In this document: piece after piece, positions 24,576 to 36,078 of the stretch | Position numbering within the stretch: position 1 is the first letter of the stretch | Layout of the letters: each line of letters starts with the position of its first letter | Source of the DNA: Mytilus californianus | Taxonomy: Eukaryota | Direction of reading: 5' to 3' | DNA length: 64,000 bases | NCBI RefSeq assembly: GCF_021869535.1 | Contig: NW_026262690.1 | Span: 103,602,001 to 103,666,000, forward strand | Program-made: the position numbers and the translations under genes | The notes under the pieces: model-generated | The model's database searches: none | Told to the model about the DNA's origin: nothing | The model's input: the letters and a program-made list of their open reading frames with translations, nothing else

Positions 24576-25759
24576 GTAACGTTGCTACTACAGTTAAACT
24601 CATTAGAACTGAGGATAGGATGTACTTTATTAACTGTCTTGAATATAACTGCAAATGGCATGCTAGTACTTTAAGATCGACTTGTACGTTTACTATACTT
24701 TATAAATGAGTAAAAATACCAAATGCATGTAACTATCGTGATATAAATTACCATATTATTATAGGTGAGGGAGAGGCAGGTCTAATATTTCGGTTATTAT
24801 TTTGAAAAAAATATTTAAAAAAAATTATTGCATTATGATTGATCACTTGACAATTTGATATTTTGCTTCACAAAGATCTTTTATTGTTTTATTGGACAAT
24901 AAAATTGTATTTTTATGAACGAATCTTGAACCAACAACAAATATAAGTAGGCTTTGTGCAGTTACGCCTTACACGAATGATATACAATCTAGAACAATGA
25001 CTTGTATTCATCAAATTATATTGGAAGTGACTAGCATTACATGATACGGTATGTAACTTAGTGGAAACAAGCAATCTTAATTCGCAACCACTAGCTATTC
25101 GAAATAATTTCCATATATTCAAACTGATGATGTGACTTTGTATAGTGTATTTTACTACTGTGTAAGCAGAAAAAAAATCATATTCCTATTGCAAGTTATG
25201 CATAACATGTTACCCGTCATGTGTGTGTCTGCCATTCATGTATTGCCCTTAATTTGGATTTCTATTTGTGATTTTATTCGTCGATTTTTGTTTTGAAAAC
25301 TAGTCGAAACAATTTTTTATAGATGGATCAAAAGTTAATCAAATCATGTTCTTAAGAATTTGATTTGATAGAAAACTTAATGTTTGAATAAAATATATAC
25401 ATACATTAGATAAACCTTTTCAATCATTATGCTTGAATGCATATATATATATATATATATAAGCTGATCTTATTAATAGAGTTTACTTTTAATTAAATGT
25501 TTGGGATTTAGTTAGCAATTTAAATATTATGATTTTAAGGCAGAAATACAGGTGAAAACAAATCCTTGGAGCTCAACTACGGGTGAAAAAGTAAAGAATG
25601 AGGTGAAAACTTGCAGTTACAACATTAAATTGCTTTCCTTTGAACACAATAACTTAGTTAACTGGTCCAAAATCCACTACACTATCGAACAAGTGGACGA
25701 GTAACCAAGATGTTATGTCAATAAAATAGTTTGAACGTAGCATATTTCTTATTTTCTAG

Positions 25760-25979
25760 ATTTTTAAAGAAACATCAACAATATGCAGAATATTTTCCAT
25801 CTTACGATACTAATAAAAGTGAAGAAGACATTAAGGACAGTTTCGAATTTGAAAACGATGCAATGGAAATATTTGGACTATTTGACGATGTTGTAAATAA
25901 TTTAGAGGAAGTTGACAAAGCATTGGTAGAAATCAGTCATGTTTTCTCGACAAATGAGAAAATATCCGAACTACTGAAG
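25760..25979 (+). CDS. Globin exon 2 (C to G helices)
   Basis: ttctag|A acceptor; FLKKHQQYAEYFP (CD1 Phe)...FENDAMEIFGLFDDVVNNLE...EISH...ELLK; AAG|GTAAGG phase-0 donor at G7.0. Confidence 0.85.
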
Positions 25980-28520
25980 GTAAGGAGAGTTAAAATAGGA
26001 GATATTGCACCAACATCATATTCAGCTTTGAACCACCTCTGTGAAATAATATCTCTATTTTGATACTATGAGATATAGTTCACACAGATATTCTGAATAG
26101 CTCGTGTGTATATGGGTAGAGAAAGTGAACTAAAAGAAACATACAATGAACCTCTGTAGCTTGAAATCAGAAAGGGCCCAAACAAAATGACATCGGATCA
26201 AGTAATGTTAAATATAGTACTTCGTACTTTAATTTGGCCTTCTTAACTTTTTTATTCGAAGGTTACTAATGGGTCTTTTGTACACGAAACGCGCGTCTGG
26301 TGTACAACTTTTATTCCTGGTATTTATGATGAGTTTATATAGGTGTCAGATCACCAATTCATAATCCCTATTTATTCAACCAAATTTTTCAATTTTCACA
26401 GCTTTCTAAATATTTTACCCTAAATTTAACTTCATAGAAACCAGGTATATCCTGAATTGTACATGTATCACCTTTCTACATGCCAATTTGCAAGCAATGT
26501 TTAAAGTCTTGTAGTAAAATACCAACGTTCCGAAGGTAAGTACTATTACAAATAATCCCTAGTTTTCTGGAAATCTTAAATAAGAATAGTATGGAGAGCA
26601 TTTATCATCCATTTTTAATGCAAACTCATGGACAAGTAAATTTTTGCTCAAAATGGTCTAAATAAATTTCTCTTTCACCAAGTTTCATTTCTGCAAATTT
26701 GTTGGTTAGTTTAAGTAAACAATGACATCAAAAGCACTATTTTTTTATCAGGGAAAGGCTACTTTTACATACGTTCTAAATTCGAGTGGGTGAATTGGTG
26801 GTATGACAACTATAGTAGACCGATCTAGATCACTTTAACATAAATAATACGACCGTTTAGGATTGAAATTTATTATGATAAGCCATGTATTCCGCAAAAC
26901 CAAATACATGTTTAATCGTAATGCAAGTTTATAGTATCAGATTTAATCAAGACATCACTTGAATAAAATAAAATCTTCCTCTATTTGCATGAAAACAGTG
27001 CTTAACTTTAATAATATCACGTTTTCCTTACTTCAGCTTAGTAAATTAATAAAAAGTGACCTTGCATTTTAAGTAAAAATTGACACTTTCAAATCACGAA
27101 GAGCAAAATTTGGCGCTCACGTGAGCGTGTAGTGTTCATCTTATCCGCGATTCTACTAAACATGCATAGTTTTTTTTTATAGTTTTGATGTACTTTTCCA
27201 CATATGGTCCGGTATAAAATCATATCTTACTTCCGAACGTATTGGTTGTTTAATTGGTACCAATCAAAAGCATTCCTTGAGAGTCTTAAAATTTTAATTG
27301 GTGCATGGTTTCTTAAGAAAATTATTTGTTTTTGTATATTTTGCAGTGGGTAGGATAGTAACTCTAGTTCTTTTCGTACGGCCAAACTGATTCAGTGATT
27401 TACAAACCAGTCGCTTTTCGCTTTTTTAATGCTGTAAATCACCGGATGCTAGACAAATTAAGAATAAATCTAATAGAGACTCTAAAGGAACCACCAGCTA
27501 TTCCGACTAACTTTTGAGTACTCAACCCCCCCCCCTTTTTATCTCAATAAATTAAATAACAAAACAAACATAAAGAGTGAACCCACAAAAAAAAATCATA
27601 TGAGAAAAATCTCGTTTCTCTATAATACCGATAGACAAACAAGTTCAAGTAAAACAGTAATGAATAATACTATATAAAAGAATGATGGCATCAACAGAAA
27701 GCAAGCTCAAACTACTTAATCTGCTTATATAAACATCGGGATTTTCTCGCTGCGTTGAAGACCCATTGGTGGCCTTCGGCTGTTGTGTGCTCTTTGGTCG
27801 GGTTGTTGTCTCTTTGACATATTCCCCATTTCCATTCTTAATTTTATCATTACGTACGAGCTCAAGTATCATCAGTGTTGTACTTCACATTATATTAGAA
27901 AATGAAAGGATATGGAGTAAATGTACATGGGACAAAATCGCACACATTACATAGAAAACATAGAAAATTATCAATGAACAGGGCTTTTATTCTTGTTCTT
28001 AATCTTGACAGTTGATATAGGGTCTTCAACAATGAACGAATCATTCATACCCTACAACAAGGTCAAGACGGCCCCTAGCGTCGACTTAAGCTGTACTATT
28101 GCTAAAATAAACCACAGTTCACCTTCCTGCTCTCCACCCGCCTCGGAGTGCCAACTTGTGCGATGCTCTTTAGAAGTGCTCGACGACATGATTTTGTGCA
28201 ATACCTAAGATAACTTTGTACATCACTTCAATTTAGAAAAATCAATTAACAAAACGACTGAGTAAAGTTTGAGAGCTAATTTGTTTCTAAAAAGGCAGGA
28301 TGGTAGAACATTGGCAGGGAAATATTATCTATAAAACAAAATTAGCTAACAGTACTGAGCAGAAGAGTGATTTTGTTGTTGAAAAAATGGTATTGCATGC
28401 CAAAATGCTTCTTGTCTTACACGTTTTCGTGTCCCTCCAAACCAAGCTATGTTCTATGTAATGATTTAAATAAGAATCACTTCAGCAATATTCGTTCATT
28501 CTGCTTTCGTTCTTTTTCAG

Positions 28521-28658
28521 GATATGGATCCGACCTTTATGGGATTATTATCAGAGATTTTGGGAGATCGTTTTACAGAAACTACAGAAGAAAACTTCCG
28601 TTTACTTTATGACTTCGTTTTGACAGAAGGCGAAAAATGTATAGGCGGCAAAAGTTAA
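28521..28658 (+). CDS. Globin exon 3 (G and H helices)
   Basis: tttttcag|GAT acceptor; DMDPTFMGLLSEILGDRFTETTEENFRLLYDFVLTEGEKCIGGKS*; LGDRFT is typical of the GH corner; total 570 nt = 189 aa plus stop. Confidence 0.87.
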   Translation, partial: DMDPTFMGLLSEILGDRFTETTEENFRLLYDFVLTEGEKCIGGKS

Positions 28659-30012
28659 TGAACATCTGAAGAGTAATAAATCTACGTAAAACATTATAAA
28701 ACTCTGATAAACCGAACATACAGAATCGGACAACAGTCAAAGTTCCATCCCATATCTATAAGAAAATAGCCATTATTCGGTGTTACCATTATATACCTCT
28801 ACTGAGTGCATATTATGAAGAACTGTGTTCTATTTCTAATTATTTGTCTTAAACAGATATTCTGGAGCTTCTGGTAAAAATATTACTGGTTTTTATATCA
28901 CAGGCACTTGTCTCTGAAAAACATATCACATGCACGTGCCTCTGAAAAAAACCCATATATCTTAATATAACACATGATAGGTATAGTAAGGTATACATGT
29001 AATATAGGTAATTGTTTTCTGGGACAAGTGCCTGTGGTTTTTGTGTATTATGCTTGTCATATACAATGAAAACTAAACCGTTGAATAAAATAAAGATGCA
29101 TTTATGCAATTCGATATTTACACATAATTTATAAAACCGACAACACCTTAAAAATTATTTTAGAAATTTTAACAACCAAATGTCAATCAGTCAATTCGCA
29201 GTTGTCTCCCTTTTACTATATATCCCTCAGAAGACCAAAAACATTGCTATTGAATGTTGTCATTTCTATTACTTGCGTAAAATTTTAAGAGTTAATTCAA
29301 TTCGATTTAACAAATGACTACAACACTGAAAACAAGAAAGGTATGCAGTTATGGTCCTTAGCGTGTAATGTTCCTTGAGGGTGTATTATATATGTAACGG
29401 TAACAAAGAATGTTTATAGTTCAACCCAGATGACAATTCATATACTAATATGTAAATAAGCTGATATGGAAAGATTGCCAATAAGACAACTATCCACTAT
29501 AGTCCAAATGACGTGGATAGAAGCAACTATAAGGTCTCTGTATGGCCTTCATTAATTAGGGAACCCTTACCATATATTCTATAAAACGCCCGACATGACA
29601 AAATGTGCAACATTTCAGAAGAACAAAGCCTATATACCTATAAATATAAACGTATCATACTTCAGCTGGCAGTACACGTGTGGTTGGTATAAGCATCAGG
29701 TACGCTTGAAACCCAGAGACATGTTAAACGTTTGGAAGCATCAAAGCAAAATCGCCAAAGATTAACTTTGCCAGAATTAATCCCATCCTTAGACTTAGTA
29801 CAATTGCATTATTCATAAACTAATGAATTACAATAAAAATATCATTTTGATAATGCCATCACCGAAACACTTGGTACTGGACAGACGGGAGTCCTCGGGA
29901 ACTGTAAGCCACCAAATTGGCACCGACTCCTTGTCAGCTAGTTTATAAATGTCTAGTACAAATGTCAATGTGTACGACATATATTTTAGGAAACGCCTTC
30001 ATCATTTTATCG

Positions 30013-30071
30013 ATAATAATAATAATAATAATAATTATAATAATAATAATAATAATAATAAAAATAATAAT
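30013..30071. repeat. (ATA)n microsatellite
   Basis: Directly visible. Confidence 0.95.
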
Positions 30072-30499
30072 ATCTTTTTCTGAAGATAATCTAAAGCACT
30101 AAATTTCAATAAGGCTCTCTTGATACAATATTATAATAAGTACATGAATAAAACAATACAAATTAACCAAAAACAATCTGATTAGATTTCAGATCTACTT
30201 ATTGCAACTCGCATGCTCGCATTAGAAGGATATACAGAAATCAGAGTTCTATATTTTAATTAGATTGTTATCGAATACGCAATGCTTAACAAATATGCCT
30301 GCTAGAATATATGACAAAAACAATGGCATACACAGTGGTAAAAGAATACAATAAAACTCCGTTACAATATATAGAATATTTGAATGCAGATATAGTTTTT
30401 GAATTTTCAATTTCCCAATAGTCATTATTTATCAAGTTCATCATGCCCATGAACATTTAATCAAAATTGTTTTTCCCCAAGGTTGACTGAGGAATAGAA

Positions 30500-30852
30500 A
30501 TGTGGTCACTTTGGTCTTCTCCCCACCGACACTTAAACCCTTACCAAAGTAAGAGCGTCCGTTTGGCATTGCGGGATGTTTATGTATGCAGCCACGTCCG
30601 GTCAGAATTGAGAGTTACATCCGATGCCTCGTGTAGAGAAAATGCCACGTTTTCTGCACGTAAAGAACACTTGCAACAACTTGAAGGGTCCTTAGGTGTC
30701 CCACTCATTTTCCAGTAGCCGTCCAATTTTCACCGACCTTCATCCCGGACGGCCTCTATTACAGAACCAACGTATTGTATTTATTGTTAATTTGTTTTGG
30801 TCCTGAACATAAATGAAATATTTGCCACTGGGCGTTAAGGAAACATCAATTA
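30500..30852 (+). mobile_element. 5'-truncated SINE with Deu/Nin-like central domain
   Basis: GC-richer island containing GCACGTAAAGAAC and ending in an (AATC)n-like tail; domain assignment from recalled motif only. Confidence 0.45.
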
Positions 30853-31663
30853 ATCAATCATTGTTTCAAAATTGAGAGTGTACTAGCAGCTATTTTATTC
30901 TTCTTTTTTTACAATATTTTAATTCAAAATTAACTTCCAAGTGCAAATTTTCGTTAGCGATTTTTTGTTCTTCCCTCCGCGGGATTCGAACGCCTTCTTC
31001 TGTAACATACAGAAAGTATATAGAAAAGGCCAAATTTGTTTATTGACAAGACCACAGGCGTAAATACTTCGATAATGATGAATTTAATTAACCTTATTTT
31101 TGACAAACGAGAGGATGTCTTGATTACTTAAAAAGGGACAATGTTTAACTGTGGATGCTTACAAGAAGCACAATTCCTTTTGTTTTGAGAGCTAGAATAC
31201 GTTTACATGGTTACAATAAACACAACAATGTTAAATACAGAGTGAAACCACCGTTAACACGAATCATCGATGCGAACCGTATTCTCATTACATTGATAAA
31301 ATGTTGATTTGTTGTGGTGGTAATGAAAGCAATTCCTTCTGCAAAGCTTGAGACAAATCATCGAGATTCTGAACTAACAATATTGTAAATTTTAGTATCC
31401 AAGACTCTTGTTTAAAACAAAAATTGTACTTAATTAAATTCATTTTACGTATGCTTGTGATCTTGTCAATAACAGAATTGCTTAATTTATAAACTTTGAT
31501 AGCCATACATAATAATATATGTTATAATATTTTGGTTTGTGAGAAAACTCTTTTTATCTGTGTTGACATGAATTATCATCGATATGGTCATAATTATAAT
31601 TAACTGTTTACAAAACTTTACATTTTTGAAATATTTGGCCTTTTTAACTTTTTTTAAATTCGA

Positions 31664-31707
31664 GCGTCAATGATGAGTCTTTTGTAGACGAAACGCGCGT
31701 CTGGAGC
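31664..31707 (+). ncRNA. Hammerhead motif (family A) with core C to A change
   Basis: Identical to 32029-32072 except ATGATGA core and one stem I mismatch. More decayed family A copies at about 5585-5618, 9328-9370, 26260-26302 and 51916-51955. Confidence 0.75.
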
Positions 31708-32028
31708 AAATACAAAATTTCAATCCTGGTATCTATGATGAGTTTATTTACAACCACTGGGTCGATGCCACTGCTGGTGGAGTTTTTATTCCCCGAGGGT
31801 ATCACCAGCCCAGTAGTCAGCACTTCTGTGTTTTCATAAATTATCATTGATATGGTCATAATTATAGATTAACTGTTTACAAAACTTTACATTTTTGAAA
31901 TACTATGGCTTTTATACCTCAGGAATAGATTACCTTAGCTGTATTTGGCAAAACTTTTAGGAATTTTTGGTCCTCAATGCTCTTCAACTTCGTACTTTAT
32001 TTGGCCTTTTTAACTTTTTTTGATTCGA

Positions 32029-32072
32029 GCGTCACTGATGAGTCTTTTGTAGACGAAACGCGCGTCTGGCGC
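32029..32072 (+). ncRNA. Minimal type I hammerhead ribozyme, intact (family A)
   Basis: Stem I GCGTCA/TGGCGC; CTGATGA; stem II GTCT/AGAC; GAAA; palindromic stem III ACGCGCGT; GTC cleavage triplet. Confidence 0.9.
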
Positions 32073-32408
32073 AAATACAAATTTTCAATCCTGGTATCTA
32101 TGATGAGTTTATTCCTAGTTGTACGCCTATCCTGGTATCTATGATGAGTTTATTCATAGCTGTACGCCTATCCTATGTTCTGTATTTGCTGTCTTTACGT
32201 TGTTTTGTTTCCCTTAATTCCTTTGATTTAAGCTTTAACTGTTCTTTCGCTGTTATTAGTAATCGTATAACTCTTTACGTTTTTCTGGGAGGATATGACC
32301 TTGAGAAAGAACTTGTTCAGAACGGACAATTTATCTTTATTCTTCTATACACATGCAACTTGTAAGCTGTACTTTCAACTCAAACTACATGTAAAAAGTT
32401 TTTGTTTA

Positions 32409-32410
<2 letters not shown>

Positions 32411-32456
<46 letters not shown>
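32411..32456. repeat. (CT)n microsatellite
   Basis: Directly visible. Confidence 0.95.
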
Positions 32457-32461
<5 letters not shown>

Positions 32462-34519
32462 TCACAACTAGATAAAATCCGCATACAATTCAGAATGTTT
32501 GCTGATTTAAAGTAGTCTTCCCACAAAAAAAAATGCTAACTTACAGCACATTTGGTTTATTTTATGATGACGAAAATGTAAGTTTATTAATCACATCTTG
32601 ACATTGAATTAAATGTCATACATGTATAAACCACAGAATTAGATAATAACATTATGTAACTTTATCCGGTTAAAAGTTTTCAAACATTTATCACCTTTTA
32701 TTACGTTCTTTATGTGTCATATTACCTTTCGTTTAACACTGGTGTTTATCTTAATGTCTCATTAAACACCCTAAAATGTATCACAGTCAATATTGTATTA
32801 ATATTTATAGTCCATTTAAATTGACTGCTTGATAAAATATTTTTGCTTTGACACTATATTTCGAAATTCCGCATATATCATATAATTCCTATACCCAAGT
32901 AGAAAGTAGAAAGTGTGTCTTGTTTTCTCTTGACAATTTCCCAAATGATTACCGCCGATTTTTTTTAATTTAAAACCAAACATGTACGTATCTGCTAACA
33001 AATACGGATATAAATATATATATATATATAGGTCTTGCCAAGTGCAGTAGTGTTATTCGGGTTTGGAATCTTTAAAAAAAAAATGAAATATTTCAACGAC
33101 TATTAATTCTGTAGATGTGTTCATACGTTTGGTTTTCTTACATTCACATCCATATAATTCGTAGTGAATCGAAACGTCGTATAAACATTTTGACAACCAA
33201 TTTCATTTGGTTTTTTTTCGAAAAGAAGAGAGTGGAATTTTTTTTAGAAGACAAGAGAATCTCACTCTGTCAGAATCCACAGTTACTCATAGGAACATTT
33301 TTCATAATGCTTTTTAGAGTTTTTGATGGGTCATCACGTCTTCGTTAATTCGGAAGACAAATTTTCTGACAGCGATTGTCATTCCGATGTACACCAATTG
33401 TGCGCCGCTTTTTGTTGTTATTTTCTAAGTTCTCATGATGCAACATTCTTCCTGGGGTTTTAAGAAAAAGGTAACGAAAAGATGGAGTTATTAAGTACAG
33501 TAATTTAATCTAAATCTTTTTCCGAGAAAGTAGAAATTAAGTTAATTTACAACAAAAGACATTTGTTTTAGCTGAAAACTTTGAGGCACAAGTGATGATT
33601 AAACCTGTTCTTTTCTGGCACTATTCCTGAATAAACCATGAACGATGTATACAATGTTTTCAAAAATATACCCCTTTCTTTACATAAAATATGTGCAATA
33701 TCATCTTTTATTAAGGAACCCTTGTGTTTAAAAAAAAATTATGAAACATACAAAAATGCATGATAGTCAATATGATAACTTGTAAATTGGCTGCCTTTTA
33801 AAAGATGTGCGCATTTTCTAATTCTATTCAAACTTTAGATTTTTTTTTCCTAGTTTGATTTTGAAAGTGAATGCAGAACGAAAGTATCTCATTTCAGGAT
33901 GAGTTTGACAAAAGTATTAGTTTATTAGAACTAACATTTATTTAAACAAAAAAGTCTTAGGATATATTGTTACAATAATGTTTTGATGGACTATCACGTC
34001 TTTACTGATTCGTTGGACATATTTCCTAACAGCGATTGACATTCTATATGAACAGAACATTAAGCATTGCTTCTCATGGGCTAATTTCATCACTCGTATA
34101 AAGCAAAATACATTTTCATCTTTTCCAGTAAGCTACAAATCAAGTGGACGACTGCAACAATCTGGGTTGCTTCATACCTACACTTTTAGCATGAGGGGCC
34201 TGTACTCGTACATCATGGATGTTTACCAGGCATCCACATAATCGTTACCATGGGGTACATATTAAAAATTCACATCGTCCTGTTTAGAAACGTAAATTAG
34301 ATACAAGATCTCTACCACTGTGTCATATTGTTTATTTTGTTTGGTCAAAATAGAATTACGGAATTTCTATTTCAATTTTTGGAAGGGAAACGAGTGTGTC
34401 AGTAGAGATATGTTTGCATAATTCTGCAATTGGTGCATGAATGAAGATTTTACCAGTATTTGCACAAATAATTTTGAAATGTCGCCATTTGATGTCAAGA
34501 ACCCGCGAACGAAGAACCA

Positions 34520-35810
34520 AAAGCGGGGCGACGATACCAAATGGATATTCAAACTCATTAGTCGAAAACAAACTGACAATGCCATGTCAAATATTCGTAA
34601 ACGACGTAAAGACAAACAACAGTACACAACCGCAACATAGAAAACTAAAGACTGAGCAACACGAACCCCATCAAAAACCTGGGGTGGTCGCAGGTGCTCC
34701 GGGAGGGTATGCAGATCCTGCTCCACATGTGACACCCGTCGTGTCGCTCATGTAAGTACAATTCTGGTGATATATATATATATATCTAAGTCTAATTCGG
34801 AAGGTCGCATTCGAGGGATAGAGGACGGGATTGTGGTTACAACAATTGGAACATGTCCGTCGTCATCTGTGAAACAGGTATTCCATAAATATCAACCAAC
34901 TCGTGATAGCCGCCGTACATTTTTCGAAGGAAAAATTTCAACTTCACAACTTGGAACTCTTGTTTCAATAGCTTTCTTGCAAACAGCAATCGAGGAAATC
35001 ATGATAGGAAATGCAACCTCTGTAATATCGTATCAACTGGGAGATATATACTCCATATGAAGGTGCTGCTGGAATGTTGCAACAAAGAAAAGGAATGTTT
35101 TTAATTGGGAAGCTGAATCATCTCGTTTGTGGTAGGTTTTATCTCAACTGACCCTTATTGTCAAAGACTAGATGTAAGTCAAGATATAAGGCAGACTTTT
35201 CTGTATCTGTTGTATCTTTTATTCAAAGTTCGATGGGATAGATGGAAATTTTTTAGTGAGAAGACGTCATCTATATAGTGGAATATGAAGTTAATGGATA
35301 ATGCTAGCTTCTTTTGATTCTTCCTAAGAAGCTTCTGTATGAAGTCAGCCTCATATGAATAAAGGAATTGGTCGGCAAGAGGATTACAATTGTACCCCGA
35401 TTTTGACATTTTTACCTATTATATCGGTTTGTTTTGCTCACACATTGCTATCACTGTAATGGAATTCTATGCGACTGTCATACAAGTGAAAGGTTTAGCT
35501 AGCTTTAAAACTAGGTTTAATCCACCATTTTCTACATAAAGAAATGCCTTTACCAAGTCAGGAATATGACAGTTGTTTTCGTTTGGTGTGTTTGAGCTTT
35601 TGATTTTCCGTTTTGAATTTTCCTTGGAGCTATTTTACTTTTTTCCCATGGAAATGCCGATTGTTTGTTGAAACACACGTCACCAAATATAACGATGTTG
35701 TCAATCAAGAAATCAAGCCTCTTGATAATCTCAGTTTCAGAGAATTTTTTGTTTGAATCAGAGTTTTTTTTACAAAGTACGATGTATCCCTCCTTTAGAC
35801 AAGATACTAC
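34520..35810 (-). mobile_element. Decayed Penelope-like RT plus 3' UTR, interrupted by a + strand insertion at 35391-35645
   Basis: The reverse complement matches 39110-40150; the RT motif GIPMGTNC is split by the insertion. Confidence 0.85.
35391..35645 (+). mobile_element. Solo about 250-bp terminal module of family 1
   Basis: tgtacccc...aaccaggtttaatccaccattttc...ccaagtcaggaatatgacag...tattttacttttt. Copies at 8595-8885, 11840-12125, 37240-37400 (-) and 46187-46455. Confidence 0.8.
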
Positions 35811-35837
35811 GTTTGTCATTCTTTTTTTATGACTTTA

Positions 35838-36078
35838 GTCACCAGACTAAACAGATTTACACAATACAGTAATGTTTAAGTTTACCTCACCAGACTAGAC
35901 AGATTTACAAATTGCAGTATTATTTAAGTTTATCAACCAGACTAAACAGATTTACACAGTACAGTAATGTGTAAGTTTGTCTCACCAGTTTACACAGATT
36001 TACACATTACAGTATTGCTTAAGTTTATCTCACCAGACTTAACAGATTACACCTTACAGTATTGTGTAATTTTATCTC
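35838..36078. repeat. 48-bp tandem repeat, degenerate continuation to about 37940
   Basis: Unit TCACCAGACTAAACAGATTTACACAATACAGTAATGTTTAAGTTTACC, about 5 clear copies. Confidence 0.8.

Larger units (their letters stand above)
31540..32113 (+). mobile_element. Retrozyme-like tandem repeat (family A), 365-nt period
   Basis: Two hammerhead motifs with predicted cleavage after 31701 and 32066; flanking sequence repeated. Confidence 0.8.

Noticed and set aside
29917-30102. ORF with poly-Ile
   Set aside because: Artefact of the (ATA)n microsatellite.
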